A stretch of DNA of 34,436 nucleotides from a virus (lineage: Duplodnaviria; Caudoviricetes), in the IMG/VR virus record IMGVR_UViG_3300030376_007093, positions 1 to 34,436 of that record; one strand, given 5' to 3'. The position numbers and the translations under genes were made by a program. A model generated the notes under the pieces. It ran no database searches. It was not told the DNA's origin and saw only the letters and a list, made by a program, of their open reading frames with translations. Shown one piece after another: positions 1 to 8,603 of the stretch (the stretch's first letter is position 1; each line of letters starts with the position of its first letter).

Positions 1-140
1 ACAGGAACACCAAAAGAAAGCCGCCAAATTAGCCGACAAATACGCTTATAAAGGCTCAATAATGAAAGGGGCGCGAAACTATACAAGTAAGTTGAGCGAG
101 TTAATAGTAGCCGAATTTTTAGGCGTTGAACTAAAAAATA
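1..140. repeat. Left copy of imperfect 140-bp terminal direct repeat (circularisation overlap)
   Basis: Aligns without gaps to 34297-34436 with 8 substitutions (positions 25, 46, 100, 103, 107, 112, 117, 127). Confidence 0.97.
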
Positions 141-502
141 AAATTGATTACGATCTTTATTATAAGGGTCAATATATAGATATAAAAAGTAATTACTGGG
201 GCGCACCTAAACCCCCGCCCGATGATTATATTATAAAGCTACCCGACACATATAAACAAAAAAGCGATTGGTATATATTCACGGGCTTAAATGCCGCTTA
301 TGATAAATTATACATATTCGGGGCAATCAAAACAAAAGACTTTTTTTTAATAGCTAGACAATACAAAAAGGGGGACAAATTCACATTTTACGGTATGAAT
401 TACGAATATAAATGTAATACTTACGCGGTGGACTTAATGCGCTTCAAAGCCTTTTGCACAAAGACATACGGCAACAAAACAACCTTCCAACAGAAAAAAT
501 AA
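2..502 (+). CDS. PD-(D/E)XK nuclease-like protein, 3' part; true start is probably ATG 34271 across the junction (175 aa total)
   Basis: Frame is open from 34271 through the repeat. Motifs SELIVAEFLG..IDYDL..IDIKS fit the E..D..(D/E)xK signature. Confidence 0.55.
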   Translation, partial: QEHQKKAAKLADKYAYKGSIMKGARNYTSKLSELIVAEFLGVELKNKIDYDLYYKGQYIDIKSNYWGAPKPPPDDYIIKLPDTYKQKSDWYIFTGLNAAYDKLYIFGAIKTKDFFLIARQYKKGDKFTFYGMNYEYKCNTYAVDLMRFKAFCTKTYGNKTTFQQKK

Positions 503-535
503 ATACAAAATAAATTAAAAATGTTTTGCAAAAAA

Positions 536-567
536 TTTGCGAAATTAAAAGTTATATATTAAGTTTG
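536..567 (+). promoter_or_regulatory. Bacteroidota sigma70-type promoter
   Basis: TTTG (536-539), 20 bp spacer, TAAGTTTG (560-567): exact match to the -33/-7 consensus. Confidence 0.8.
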
Positions 568-601
568 TTATGTCAATATGATACAAAACAAAAATAATAG
601 T

Positions 602-841
602 ATGCAAATCAAATTAGAAAAAAGTTATTTTACACGCTTCGGTAATACGCCGCACGGCTTTACAATAGAAGTTATAAATAAAATGTTAAATAATTCATTT
701 GTTGATATATTAGACTTAATAAGTTTTTTAAATGTGAACGTAGGAAATCAAAACGAGATTTTAATATATGGGCGCGGGGGTTCGCACGTTTGGATAAGCG
801 ACAAACAAACGGGCGAAAGGATAGCAATAATATTTGAATAA
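602..841 (+). CDS. Hypothetical early protein (start at 602 preferred over 578)
   Basis: ORF directly after the promoter. ATG 602 has an A-rich leader ACAAAACAAAAATAATAGT and the ORF is followed by a terminator. Confidence 0.75.
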   Translation: MQIKLEKSYFTRFGNTPHGFTIEVINKMLNNSFVDILDLISFLNVNVGNQNEILIYGRGGSHVWISDKQTGERIAIIFE

Positions 842-852
842 CAATAAAAACG

Positions 853-875
853 GGGGCTTCGCCCCTTTCTTTTTC
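853..875 (+). terminator. Intrinsic terminator
   Basis: GGGGC-TTC-GCCCC hairpin followed by TTTCTTTTTC. Confidence 0.7.
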
Positions 876-892
876 ATTTAAAATAAAATAGT

Positions 893-1165
893 ATGACACA
901 ACGCGAAATATTAGACGAAATACAAAAAAGCAGCCAGCAAATCGAACAAATAGGCGATTTAATAAACACCTTTCTAGCTTTGGCAAAAACAAAAAGCGAT
1001 ACAATAAAACACTTTAAATACTATTTACATTTTCCAAAACTAGCTAAAGAGTACGAAGTTGAACTATCAAAATATAAAAGGGCGGTAGATCGTTTAATTA
1101 ATTACCAAAACAAAAAAATTAAAATACTTTTGACGCTATCGCAAAAGCTAAAAACTTTAAAATAG
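893..1165 (+). CDS. Hypothetical helical protein
   Basis: 90-aa ORF with A-rich leader. Confidence 0.75.
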   Translation: MTQREILDEIQKSSQQIEQIGDLINTFLALAKTKSDTIKHFKYYLHFPKLAKEYEVELSKYKRAVDRLINYQNKKIKILLTLSQKLKTLK

Positions 1166-1184
1166 GAAAACAATAAAAAAAAAC

Positions 1185-1198
1185 GTATATTTACAATA
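1185..1198 (+). promoter_or_regulatory. -7-like element GTATATTTACAATA (candidate late-type promoter)
   Basis: Identical 14-mer at 1747-1760. TATATTTA is one base off TAnnTTTG; no -33 TTG upstream. Confidence 0.45.
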
Positions 1199-1254
1199 CA
1201 TACTGTTTTAATTTTTGTTTTGTAAAGGGTGCTAAATTTTAGCCCCTTTTTTTT
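1198..1254 (+). ncRNA. Candidate trans-acting antisense small RNA against translation initiation regions
   Basis: Lies between a promoter-like motif and a terminator, with no + strand ORF. 1199-1223 is complementary to the start regions of genes at 24641(-), 602(+), 27813(-) and 31834(+). Confidence 0.5.
1224..1254 (+). terminator. Intrinsic terminator
   Basis: AAAGGGTGCTAAA-T-TTTAGCCCCTTT stem followed by a T-run. Confidence 0.8.
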
Positions 1255-1258
1255 ATGC

Positions 1259-1292
1259 AAAAAATAAACCCCGAACCAACAAAGGAACGGGG
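1259..1292 (-). terminator. Intrinsic terminator for the 1699-1325 gene
   Basis: Minus strand reads CCCCG TT CC TTTGTT GG TT CGGGG then TTTATTTTTT. Confidence 0.7.
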
Positions 1293-1324
1293 CAAACTAT
1301 CAATAAAACACAAAACCCAAATTA

Positions 1325-1699
1325 TTATTTTTTTGATTCTACAACCTTTTCAACTATCAAGCCCGTATGTATCATAATTTGTAAAACGTTAATTAATATA
1401 CTTTCGGCCTTTTCGGGAATAGTATTTAATTTTTCGGCAAACTCTTCTAAAATTTCGTTTTTAATAGTTGCGATCTTTTCCCATTCTTTGGGTATATCTT
1501 GACTATTTAAAATTAAATTAGGTAATTGTATGGCATTGTTCGACAACTTCATAAATTGCCCTATCTTATCAAATACATTGCCCTTTTTGCCCTGTTCTTT
1601 TTGCTCTTTAAAGTGTTCGTGAATTTCTATACTTTCGTTTACTGTTTCGGCAACCCATAAAAGCCAATCTTTTAATACGCTTTTTTCTTGATCATTCAT
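1325..1699 (-). CDS. Hypothetical protein, stand-alone transcription unit
   Basis: 124-aa ORF with its own promoter and terminator. Confidence 0.8.
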   Translation of the reverse strand: MNDQEKSVLKDWLLWVAETVNESIEIHEHFKEQKEQGKKGNVFDKIGQFMKLSNNAIQLPNLILNSQDIPKEWEKIATIKNEILEEFAEKLNTIPEKAESILINVLQIMIHTGLIVEKVVESKK

Positions 1700-1727
1700 T
1701 TTTTTAAGTTTTGATAATTTAATAAAA

Positions 1728-1759
1728 CAAAATTATTTATATTATAGTATATTTACAAT
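1728..1759 (-). promoter_or_regulatory. Bacteroidota-type promoter for the 1699-1325 gene
   Basis: Minus strand ATTG, 20 bp, TAATTTTG. Confidence 0.65.
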
Positions 1760-1760
1760 A
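1747..1760 (+). promoter_or_regulatory. -7-like element upstream of the packaging/late operon
   Basis: GTATATTTACAATA, 21 bp before ATG 1782; duplicate of 1185-1198. Confidence 0.45.
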
Positions 1761-1781
1761 TAACTATAAATAATAAAAAAA

Positions 1782-2246
1782 ATGTTAATATATGCTAACT
1801 CTTTACAATTATTAAATTTAGGTCAAAATATAACGATTGAAGAAAATAGCATATTATACACAGAATACACAGACGCCGACATTTACGCTGAACTAGAAAG
1901 CACACAAAATAAAAGTATTATTACCTATCGTATTATAATTGACGAATTAATACATGACCCATTAATAAACGAACAAACAAAACACGTTTATAAACCCGAT
2001 AGCGAAGGGCTATATAAATTAAAAAAAAAGAGATACACACAAAAAAAGTTTTACGAATTTTTATGTAATACGGTATTTAATAAAGGGGTTTTTAATTGCG
2101 ATCATTTAAAAAATAGTATTTGTAATTTTGGCTTTGCTGGCGTCTATTACTTTGAGAATAAAAGCCAACGTATATTAACATTAAAAGACTTTACAGGCTC
2201 AATAATAGGGGCATATAAGGACGGTAAAAACTTTAAATTAGAATAA
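1782..2246 (+). CDS. Hypothetical protein preceding terminase
   Basis: 154-aa ORF, A-rich start, co-oriented with terS. Confidence 0.75.
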   Translation: MLIYANSLQLLNLGQNITIEENSILYTEYTDADIYAELESTQNKSIITYRIIIDELIHDPLINEQTKHVYKPDSEGLYKLKKKRYTQKKFYEFLCNTVFNKGVFNCDHLKNSICNFGFAGVYYFENKSQRILTLKDFTGSIIGAYKDGKNFKLE

Positions 2247-2250
2247 TACA

Positions 2251-2649
2251 ATGCCTAGAAAGAAATTAAATATTAATTGGGAACTAGTCGAAGACTTAGC
2301 CACAAAACACTGTACAGGTACGGAAATAGCCGCGACCATAGGCGTACACCCCGACACATTATACGATAAAGTAAAAATTAAATATAAAATAGGTTTTTCA
2401 GAGTTTCTAAGACAAAAAAAAGAAAACGGGCGCCAGCTATTAAAAAGGGCTATGTTTGAACAAGCATTAAACGGCGATAAAACCGTTTTAATATGGTTAT
2501 CAAAAAATTATTTAGGGTTTACCGATACGCAAAGAATAGAGCAAAAAACAGAAATTAAAACCGAAAAAGTAGACCTTTCAAGTTTAAGCGATGATGAACT
2601 TAAAGAATATATCAAAATTACCGATAAACTTACAGGCGCTAAAAAGTGA
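2251..2649 (+). CDS. terS: Terminase small subunit
   Basis: N-terminal HTH (CTGTEIAATIGVHPDTLY), GDKTVLIWLSKNYLG motif, C-terminal DLSSLSDDEL; directly upstream of terL. Confidence 0.8.
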   Translation: MPRKKLNINWELVEDLATKHCTGTEIAATIGVHPDTLYDKVKIKYKIGFSEFLRQKKENGRQLLKRAMFEQALNGDKTVLIWLSKNYLGFTDTQRIEQKTEIKTEKVDLSSLSDDELKEYIKITDKLTGAKK

Positions 2650-4192
2650 ACTTTGCCGCCGTTCTTTTATTGAGTTTGTACAAGCTACAAAAAAAGATTA
2701 TATAGTAAATTTTCATCATGAAATACTAGCCGACTATTTGCAAAGATTCGCAAAAGGGGACATTAAAAAACTTATGGTATTTATGCCACCCCAGCACGGC
2801 AAAAGCGAACTTACAAGCCGTAGGCTACCCGCCTATTTGTTAGGTCTAAACCCTAAGTATAAAATTGTCGGCTGCTCTTATAGTAGCGATCTAGCAACAC
2901 AATTTAATAGGGACGTGCAAAGAATTATAGACCACGAAACGTATTATAATATTTTCCCCGAAACAAAAATAAATTCTAAGAATGTGAAAACGTCCGCACA
3001 GGGCGGCTATCTTAGAAACGCGGATATATTCGAAACGATTAATAATAGGGGCTTTTATAAGTCGGTGGGGGTAGGCGGTAGCCTTACGGGTACGGCGGTT
3101 GATATCGCCATAATAGACGACCCCGTTAAAGATGCCGTAGAAGCGCAAAGCGCCACAGATCAGCAGCGCAAGTGGGAATGGTACACAAATGTTTTATTAA
3201 CACGTTTACACAATGATAGCCGCCAATTAATAACGATGACACGCTGGCATAAAAACGACTTAGCGGGTAAAATATTGGATATTATGCCCGAAGGGTGGGA
3301 AGTGTTACGACTAGAAGCTATAAAACAAAACGTAAGCCACCCAAAAGACCCGCGACCATTAGGGGCGGCACTATGGGAAAACCGACACAGTAAACAGAAA
3401 ATAATGAGCATTGCAAAGTCTAGCCCGCAAACATTTAACGCCCTTTATCAAGGCGACCCCAAACCAAACAAAAGCACGGTTTACGCTACGGGTTTTAATT
3501 ACTCAATGAATGTAAAAGAATGTAAATTTAACCCCGCTTTACCTTTACATTTTACCGTAGATTTTAATACGTCGCCATATATGTCGGGGCTAGTTATTCA
3601 AATTGAATATATAAATAGTCTTTGGAAGGGACACGGCGAATACTGGCAACTAAATGTAATTGACAAACTTGCATTACAAGCCCCTAATAATGACGCGAAA
3701 AGTTTAGGGCGTTTCTTTGAAGCAAAATACTATGAATATATAAAAGACGGCTTTTTTTTATATGGCGATGCTAGCGGGAAAAATAACACGGGCATAAGCA
3801 GCAACGGCGACACCATAAAAACAAAAACATTATTTAGCGATTTATTGAGCGGGCTAAACAAATACACGGCTTATAACGTAATAGAACGCGTGCCGAAACA
3901 AAACCCCAAATATAGAAGTATTGGTAAAAATATGTTAGGGCGTCGCGTGTTTTTAAATGAGTGTTTACAAGGTAGCAAGCCAATTAGAATACATATAAAC
4001 CCCGAATGTAGCGAATTAATCGCCGACTTTGAAGAATGCACGCAGGACGCAAACGGCAAGCTAGCAAAGCCAAAAAGTAAAGGCGGCATAGAGTTACGCG
4101 GGCATATGTTGCAAGCATTCGAGTATTTTATATGTTACCCCAAAAGTTTAGGGTACTTAGCAAAAATGAATAATATTAAAAAATTAGCATAA
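2591..4192 (+). CDS. terL: Terminase large subunit
   Basis: Walker A MPPQHGKS, Walker B IAIIDDPVKD, MTRWH coupling motif, nuclease VDFN and YGDASG. Confidence 0.95.
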   Translation: MMNLKNISKLPINLQALKSELCRRSFIEFVQATKKDYIVNFHHEILADYLQRFAKGDIKKLMVFMPPQHGKSELTSRRLPAYLLGLNPKYKIVGCSYSSDLATQFNRDVQRIIDHETYYNIFPETKINSKNVKTSAQGGYLRNADIFETINNRGFYKSVGVGGSLTGTAVDIAIIDDPVKDAVEAQSATDQQRKWEWYTNVLLTRLHNDSRQLITMTRWHKNDLAGKILDIMPEGWEVLRLEAIKQNVSHPKDPRPLGAALWENRHSKQKIMSIAKSSPQTFNALYQGDPKPNKSTVYATGFNYSMNVKECKFNPALPLHFTVDFNTSPYMSGLVIQIEYINSLWKGHGEYWQLNVIDKLALQAPNNDAKSLGRFFEAKYYEYIKDGFFLYGDASGKNNTGISSNGDTIKTKTLFSDLLSGLNKYTAYNVIERVPKQNPKYRSIGKNMLGRRVFLNECLQGSKPIRIHINPECSELIADFEECTQDANGKLAKPKSKGGIELRGHMLQAFEYFICYPKSLGYLAKMNNIKKLA

Positions 4193-5986
4193 ATGAAAGA
4201 CTTAACTATACAAGTTATTAAAGGTTTAAGACACAAAGAATATTATAGAACCGTAGAAATCGCACACTTTTATAAGCAAGTTGTTGACGGTATTGGGCAG
4301 GGCGAGCTAGTTTTAAGCCTACGCGATAGAGAAAGCGAAGCGCAGCAAATGCAGCGCTTAAAAGTTACCCAAAATAGAACAAAAGCAATATACGGGAAGC
4401 TAGAAAGTTTTTTAAAGCGCGTGTATAGAACCGACAAAATAAACCTAGACGTAAAAACCGAAACGGAAACGGGGCAGCAGTTAATAAATAGTAGCCTTTC
4501 AAAATATGGCAACAATGGCGAAACATTGCTACAATATAGCGAAGATTTAGCGTTATTTATGAATGGTAAAGACCCTAACGCGTTGTATTGGGTTAAACAT
4601 GAACGTATAAATAATATAGACACTTTTGAACCCGTTGTATTTAATAGTGATTGCGCACTATATTATGAAAAAACAAAAGGGGCGTTAAATAATATTGTTT
4701 TAATTGATCATTTAGACGCTCAATACTTAGACGGGGCAAGTATGAAATATAAAAATATATGTATTTATTATACATTTACGGCGGGCGTGTTAGATATAAG
4801 CGTAGAAATAGACGCCGACTTAGCCACAAAGTCAGATTTTTATAAGCCTTACGAAGTATACGAAAAAACAAGTTCTTTAAAGATTGGAAATAAAATATTT
4901 AATACCTATTCTTTTGAATTAGAAAGCGAAAATATACCCGTAACAACTATCGGATATAAAAAAGATAGAATTACAGACGGTAATACATTTGTAAGTTTTT
5001 GGGACGATTCAACCGAACTATTTAAACAATTAATTAATGTTGGCTCTCAATATGACATTAGTTTAATACTACATACATTTTTACAAAAAATACAATTATA
5101 CACACCTTGCGATTATATAGATAGTAGCGGCGCAGAATGTCGGGCGGGCTATATGCACCCCAGTAATAAACTTTGCACGGCTTGTAACGGCACGGGAAAA
5201 AAAGTACATACCAGCGCGCAGGATGTTATCGAAATTGAATACCCCGACGACGACACGGTTAAAATATTGCCGAAAGATTTAGTTTCCTATGTTACAATGC
5301 CCTTTGATATTGTGCAACACCAAGCAAACGAAGTGTACGGCTACCCGTCTAAAATTACAGAAGCCGTTTACGGTATTGACCTTACACATAAACCAAACGC
5401 TGCGACAACTGCAACGGCTAATCAAAATTTTTATGATACCGCCTATGATATGATGTTCGAGTTTACAAAAGCCCCCACACACATTTTTAAATTTACGGTC
5501 GATATTATAGCGCAAGTTTTAAATTTAAATAGATATTCTTCAAATCTAGTGTATAGTAATAATTTTAATTTAGAGACAGAATACGATTTATTCACACTTA
5601 GAGAAGCCGCCGTAAAAGCTGGGGCAACCCCCGAAACACTAGAAGCAATAGACAAACGTATACTAACAAAACAAAATAAAAATAATGCCGAATATATGGC
5701 AATATTCAAAGCTATGCGTAAGTTTTTACCCTTTTCGAATTTAGGCGCAGACCTTAAAAAAAATTTAGTTTTGAGCCTACCCGACAAAAACAGGCAAAAA
5801 ACGCTATATTTAAATTTTAACGAAATTACAAACGACATACTAGCAAACCGCAAAGACTTTGTATTATTAGACTACAACGCCCAAAAAAATATCATTGAAA
5901 GTTATATTGAAAAATATAAAGAAAGGGCGTTAAATGATAATACAATAGTAAATATAAGAGATAGGGTTATAGAAGAAGAAGCCTAA
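4193..5986 (+). CDS. Portal protein with DnaJ-like Cys4 zinc-finger insertion
   Basis: 597 aa, abuts terL (TAAATG) and precedes a MuF-like gene; contains C-x9-C..CTACNGTG. Confidence 0.75.
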   Translation: MKDLTIQVIKGLRHKEYYRTVEIAHFYKQVVDGIGQGELVLSLRDRESEAQQMQRLKVTQNRTKAIYGKLESFLKRVYRTDKINLDVKTETETGQQLINSSLSKYGNNGETLLQYSEDLALFMNGKDPNALYWVKHERINNIDTFEPVVFNSDCALYYEKTKGALNNIVLIDHLDAQYLDGASMKYKNICIYYTFTAGVLDISVEIDADLATKSDFYKPYEVYEKTSSLKIGNKIFNTYSFELESENIPVTTIGYKKDRITDGNTFVSFWDDSTELFKQLINVGSQYDISLILHTFLQKIQLYTPCDYIDSSGAECRAGYMHPSNKLCTACNGTGKKVHTSAQDVIEIEYPDDDTVKILPKDLVSYVTMPFDIVQHQANEVYGYPSKITEAVYGIDLTHKPNAATTATANQNFYDTAYDMMFEFTKAPTHIFKFTVDIIAQVLNLNRYSSNLVYSNNFNLETEYDLFTLREAAVKAGATPETLEAIDKRILTKQNKNNAEYMAIFKAMRKFLPFSNLGADLKKNLVLSLPDKNRQKTLYLNFNEITNDILANRKDFVLLDYNAQKNIIESYIEKYKERALNDNTIVNIRDRVIEEEA

Positions 5987-5989
5987 AAA

Positions 5990-6853
5990 ATGGACGATTT
6001 AACAAACAAAAATATAGACAAAAAAGCACGGCAAAAAATAGCAACCGTAAAAAAAAGCGAAAAGAAACTAATTGAAATAGCCGCCAAGCAACAAAGAAAG
6101 CTAAATAATTTTCTTATTAATACTTTTATGCCGTCGCTAGATATTAAAGACGGGAATATAATAAACAATACCAACAATTTAAAAAAGGTAAATACGGCGG
6201 CAGCGCTAAAGCGTTATTTGAAAAATGTAATTAATGAAAGTTTATTAAAGGCTTACATTGAAGGGTACGAAAATATAAATAAAAACACGGCTAGTTTATA
6301 CGATCTTTACGAACCAACAAAAGCGACAAAAGAACGAATTTTTAACCGTTCCGATATTATGGCCGACGGCTTTTTAACAGAATTGTTTGATAATAACGAA
6401 ATACAAAAAGAAATACAGGGGACTTTACGCGATGCAATAGCAACGGAAATTAAAACGAGTGAATTAAAAAACCTATTAACGCAACAAATTAAGGGTACTG
6501 AAGAAAAAATGGGCGCTTTAGAAAGTTTTCACTATTCACAGGGGCGCGACAGTTTCCAAGCGCACACTAGGGGGCTAGATGTTCAATTTGCAAAGGCGTT
6601 AAAACTAAACTATTTTATTTATCAAGGGGGCGTAATAAAAACTACCCGCGACTTTTGCGACGAAAGGAACGGCGGCACATTTACGCGCGAAGAAGTCGAA
6701 GACTGGCAGGGCTTAACGTGGCAAGGGAAAAAAGACGGCCATAATATTTTTACTGACTTAGGCGGCTATAATTGCCGCCATGACCTAACGCCCATAACTT
6801 ACGAACTGGCGAAACGAAGACGCCCCGACATTGAAAAAAGCAAATACGATTAA
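5990..6853 (+). CDS. Head morphogenesis / minor capsid protein (MuF, SPP1 gp7-like)
   Basis: C-terminal TTRDFC...GGYNCRH motif; follows portal. Confidence 0.8.
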   Translation: MDDLTNKNIDKKARQKIATVKKSEKKLIEIAAKQQRKLNNFLINTFMPSLDIKDGNIINNTNNLKKVNTAAALKRYLKNVINESLLKAYIEGYENINKNTASLYDLYEPTKATKERIFNRSDIMADGFLTELFDNNEIQKEIQGTLRDAIATEIKTSELKNLLTQQIKGTEEKMGALESFHYSQGRDSFQAHTRGLDVQFAKALKLNYFIYQGGVIKTTRDFCDERNGGTFTREEVEDWQGLTWQGKKDGHNIFTDLGGYNCRHDLTPITYELAKRRRPDIEKSKYD

Positions 6854-6856
6854 AAA

Positions 6857-8602
6857 ATGAATATTAGTGTATATTTAAACGATGTATTATACAACCCCCA
6901 AAATTTAGGGGACTTTACAATAAGTACAAGCCTAGACACACAGGCGGGGGCGTTTCAATATGTTAAAACCTTAGATAATAATTTAGTATTTACGGGCGAA
7001 GCATACACGTATATTTTATTACATGGCGAATGTCAAAAGATAAAAGTAAAAATTTTACAGAATTGTAACGGCGAAAATTACGAATTATATAAAGGCTATT
7101 TTACATTAAATAGATGCAATATAAACGAAGACAGGAAAACAATAGAAGCCGAACCCCGCGAAGACACATTATATAATTGCGTACTTGATAATTTAGATCG
7201 TAAATTTAACTTTTTAGAAAATACCGAAATTGTAAGCGCTGAATATAGCAATAATATACAACTAGAATATAAATTAAACCCAATAAATGACGCCGTTCTA
7301 CCTTACTATGGCGACCCCTTAGAGTGTGGGACGGCGGGCAATTATGTAAGCGCTTTAGGTTTGGGCTTTTTGTATTGCCGTGAAATTATAACCGTAAGAT
7401 GTAACGGGGGGCAGCCACAACCGCCAGCGGGTACGGGGTGGCAACTATTAGTTAATAATTGTAAAAAAGGTTTTTGTACATTTGCCCGAAAAGCTAGCGT
7501 TTTTACGTCGTCTATTTTACCGTGTAGCGCCTTTTTTGCGAACCCCACAACTAGCCCGCCACCTGTTACGGCTTTAAATGAAAATTGGGTCATTGTGGCT
7601 AGTGTTACGGCGGGCGGTACTACATTAGCCTTTTATGTCGATTATAATTTTATACAAACACCGCAAACACTTACTAACGGGCGCGATCTTATGAGCGTTT
7701 TAAATTTCGGTTTGAATCAATATTGCCCCGAATTAGACGCCGTAAGCGAATTTTTTACAAGCGATGTTAACCCAGTAACGGGGGCAAGCCCCAGCAAATC
7801 GAAGGGCGTACAGTTGCACAGTATAAGCGATATAAAAAACCCCGCAGCAAGTGAAAAAGCGACACTAGAAGAAATAACATTAAAGGACATTTTAGAAAAT
7901 ATTGTTTCTAATCGTTTTAATTGCTTTTGGTTTGTTGATGAAAATAGTAAAAGGCTAATAATTAAGCACTATAAAAATTTAACCTTTACAGGGACAACAA
8001 ATATAAACACACTAAGCCCCGAAAGTTTAAAGTATAAAAACGAATACAGGTATTTAAACGAAAACAACGCAATAACAGAAATTTTTGAAGGGCAAGACGA
8101 CGACATAGACTTTGCGGGCGTCCCTATCGACTATAATAATAGTTGCGGGGAAACGGTTATAAATAGAAATTTAGGCGCTATTTATACAAATGTTGCATTT
8201 ATCATAAACAACCCCGCCGAATTTGCCAATAATGGTATGGTTTTAATATTAAAAAATTCGTTAAATATTCCCCCAAATACAAGCCCGCCAAGTAGCACCG
8301 CCGAAAACGGGGCAATTACGGGCGAATATAAACCTAACGCGCCTTTGGGTATGGCGAACTTACAAGCGGCTTACTGGCGGCATTTTAGACCCTTTAAAGC
8401 GGGTGTATTAAACTTTGACGCGGTAGAATTTGAAACGGTAGCCCCTAGAAAGCAACAGGTTGAAATAAATATTAATGAATGTTGTGTATTTTTCTTTAAT
8501 GAGCGTAATAAATACATAACAAATTTAACAGAAAACGGTATATTAAATAAATACGTTTTCAATTTAAAAACAAATAGTTTAGAACTTGAAATAATATATT
8601 AA
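6857..8602 (+). CDS. Probable virion structural protein (tail tip/hub-like), Cys-rich
   Basis: 581 aa, beta-rich composition, within late operon; function inferred from context only. Confidence 0.55.
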   Translation: MNISVYLNDVLYNPQNLGDFTISTSLDTQAGAFQYVKTLDNNLVFTGEAYTYILLHGECQKIKVKILQNCNGENYELYKGYFTLNRCNINEDRKTIEAEPREDTLYNCVLDNLDRKFNFLENTEIVSAEYSNNIQLEYKLNPINDAVLPYYGDPLECGTAGNYVSALGLGFLYCREIITVRCNGGQPQPPAGTGWQLLVNNCKKGFCTFARKASVFTSSILPCSAFFANPTTSPPPVTALNENWVIVASVTAGGTTLAFYVDYNFIQTPQTLTNGRDLMSVLNFGLNQYCPELDAVSEFFTSDVNPVTGASPSKSKGVQLHSISDIKNPAASEKATLEEITLKDILENIVSNRFNCFWFVDENSKRLIIKHYKNLTFTGTTNINTLSPESLKYKNEYRYLNENNAITEIFEGQDDDIDFAGVPIDYNNSCGETVINRNLGAIYTNVAFIINNPAEFANNGMVLILKNSLNIPPNTSPPSSTAENGAITGEYKPNAPLGMANLQAAYWRHFRPFKAGVLNFDAVEFETVAPRKQQVEININECCVFFFNERNKYITNLTENGILNKYVFNLKTNSLELEIIY

Positions 8603-8603
8603 T

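Noticed and set aside
1-140. DGR template/variable repeat pair (five differences have A in the right copy)
   Set aside because: No reverse transcriptase; three differences do not fit A-specific mutagenesis; changes are mostly synonymous and the copies are at the contig ends
672-1004. Minus-strand 110-aa ORF
   Set aside because: Antisense shadow across two + genes and a terminator
1157-1201. Minus-strand 14-codon ORF MYCKYTFFFIVFLF (type I toxin-like)
   Set aside because: Very short, lies downstream of a minus-strand terminator with no promoter, and hydrophobicity follows from the A-tract; kept only as the alternative to the sRNA model
2591-2649. 59-nt terS/terL overlap as a frameshift
   Set aside because: Such overlaps are common for terminase genes; both ORFs look complete
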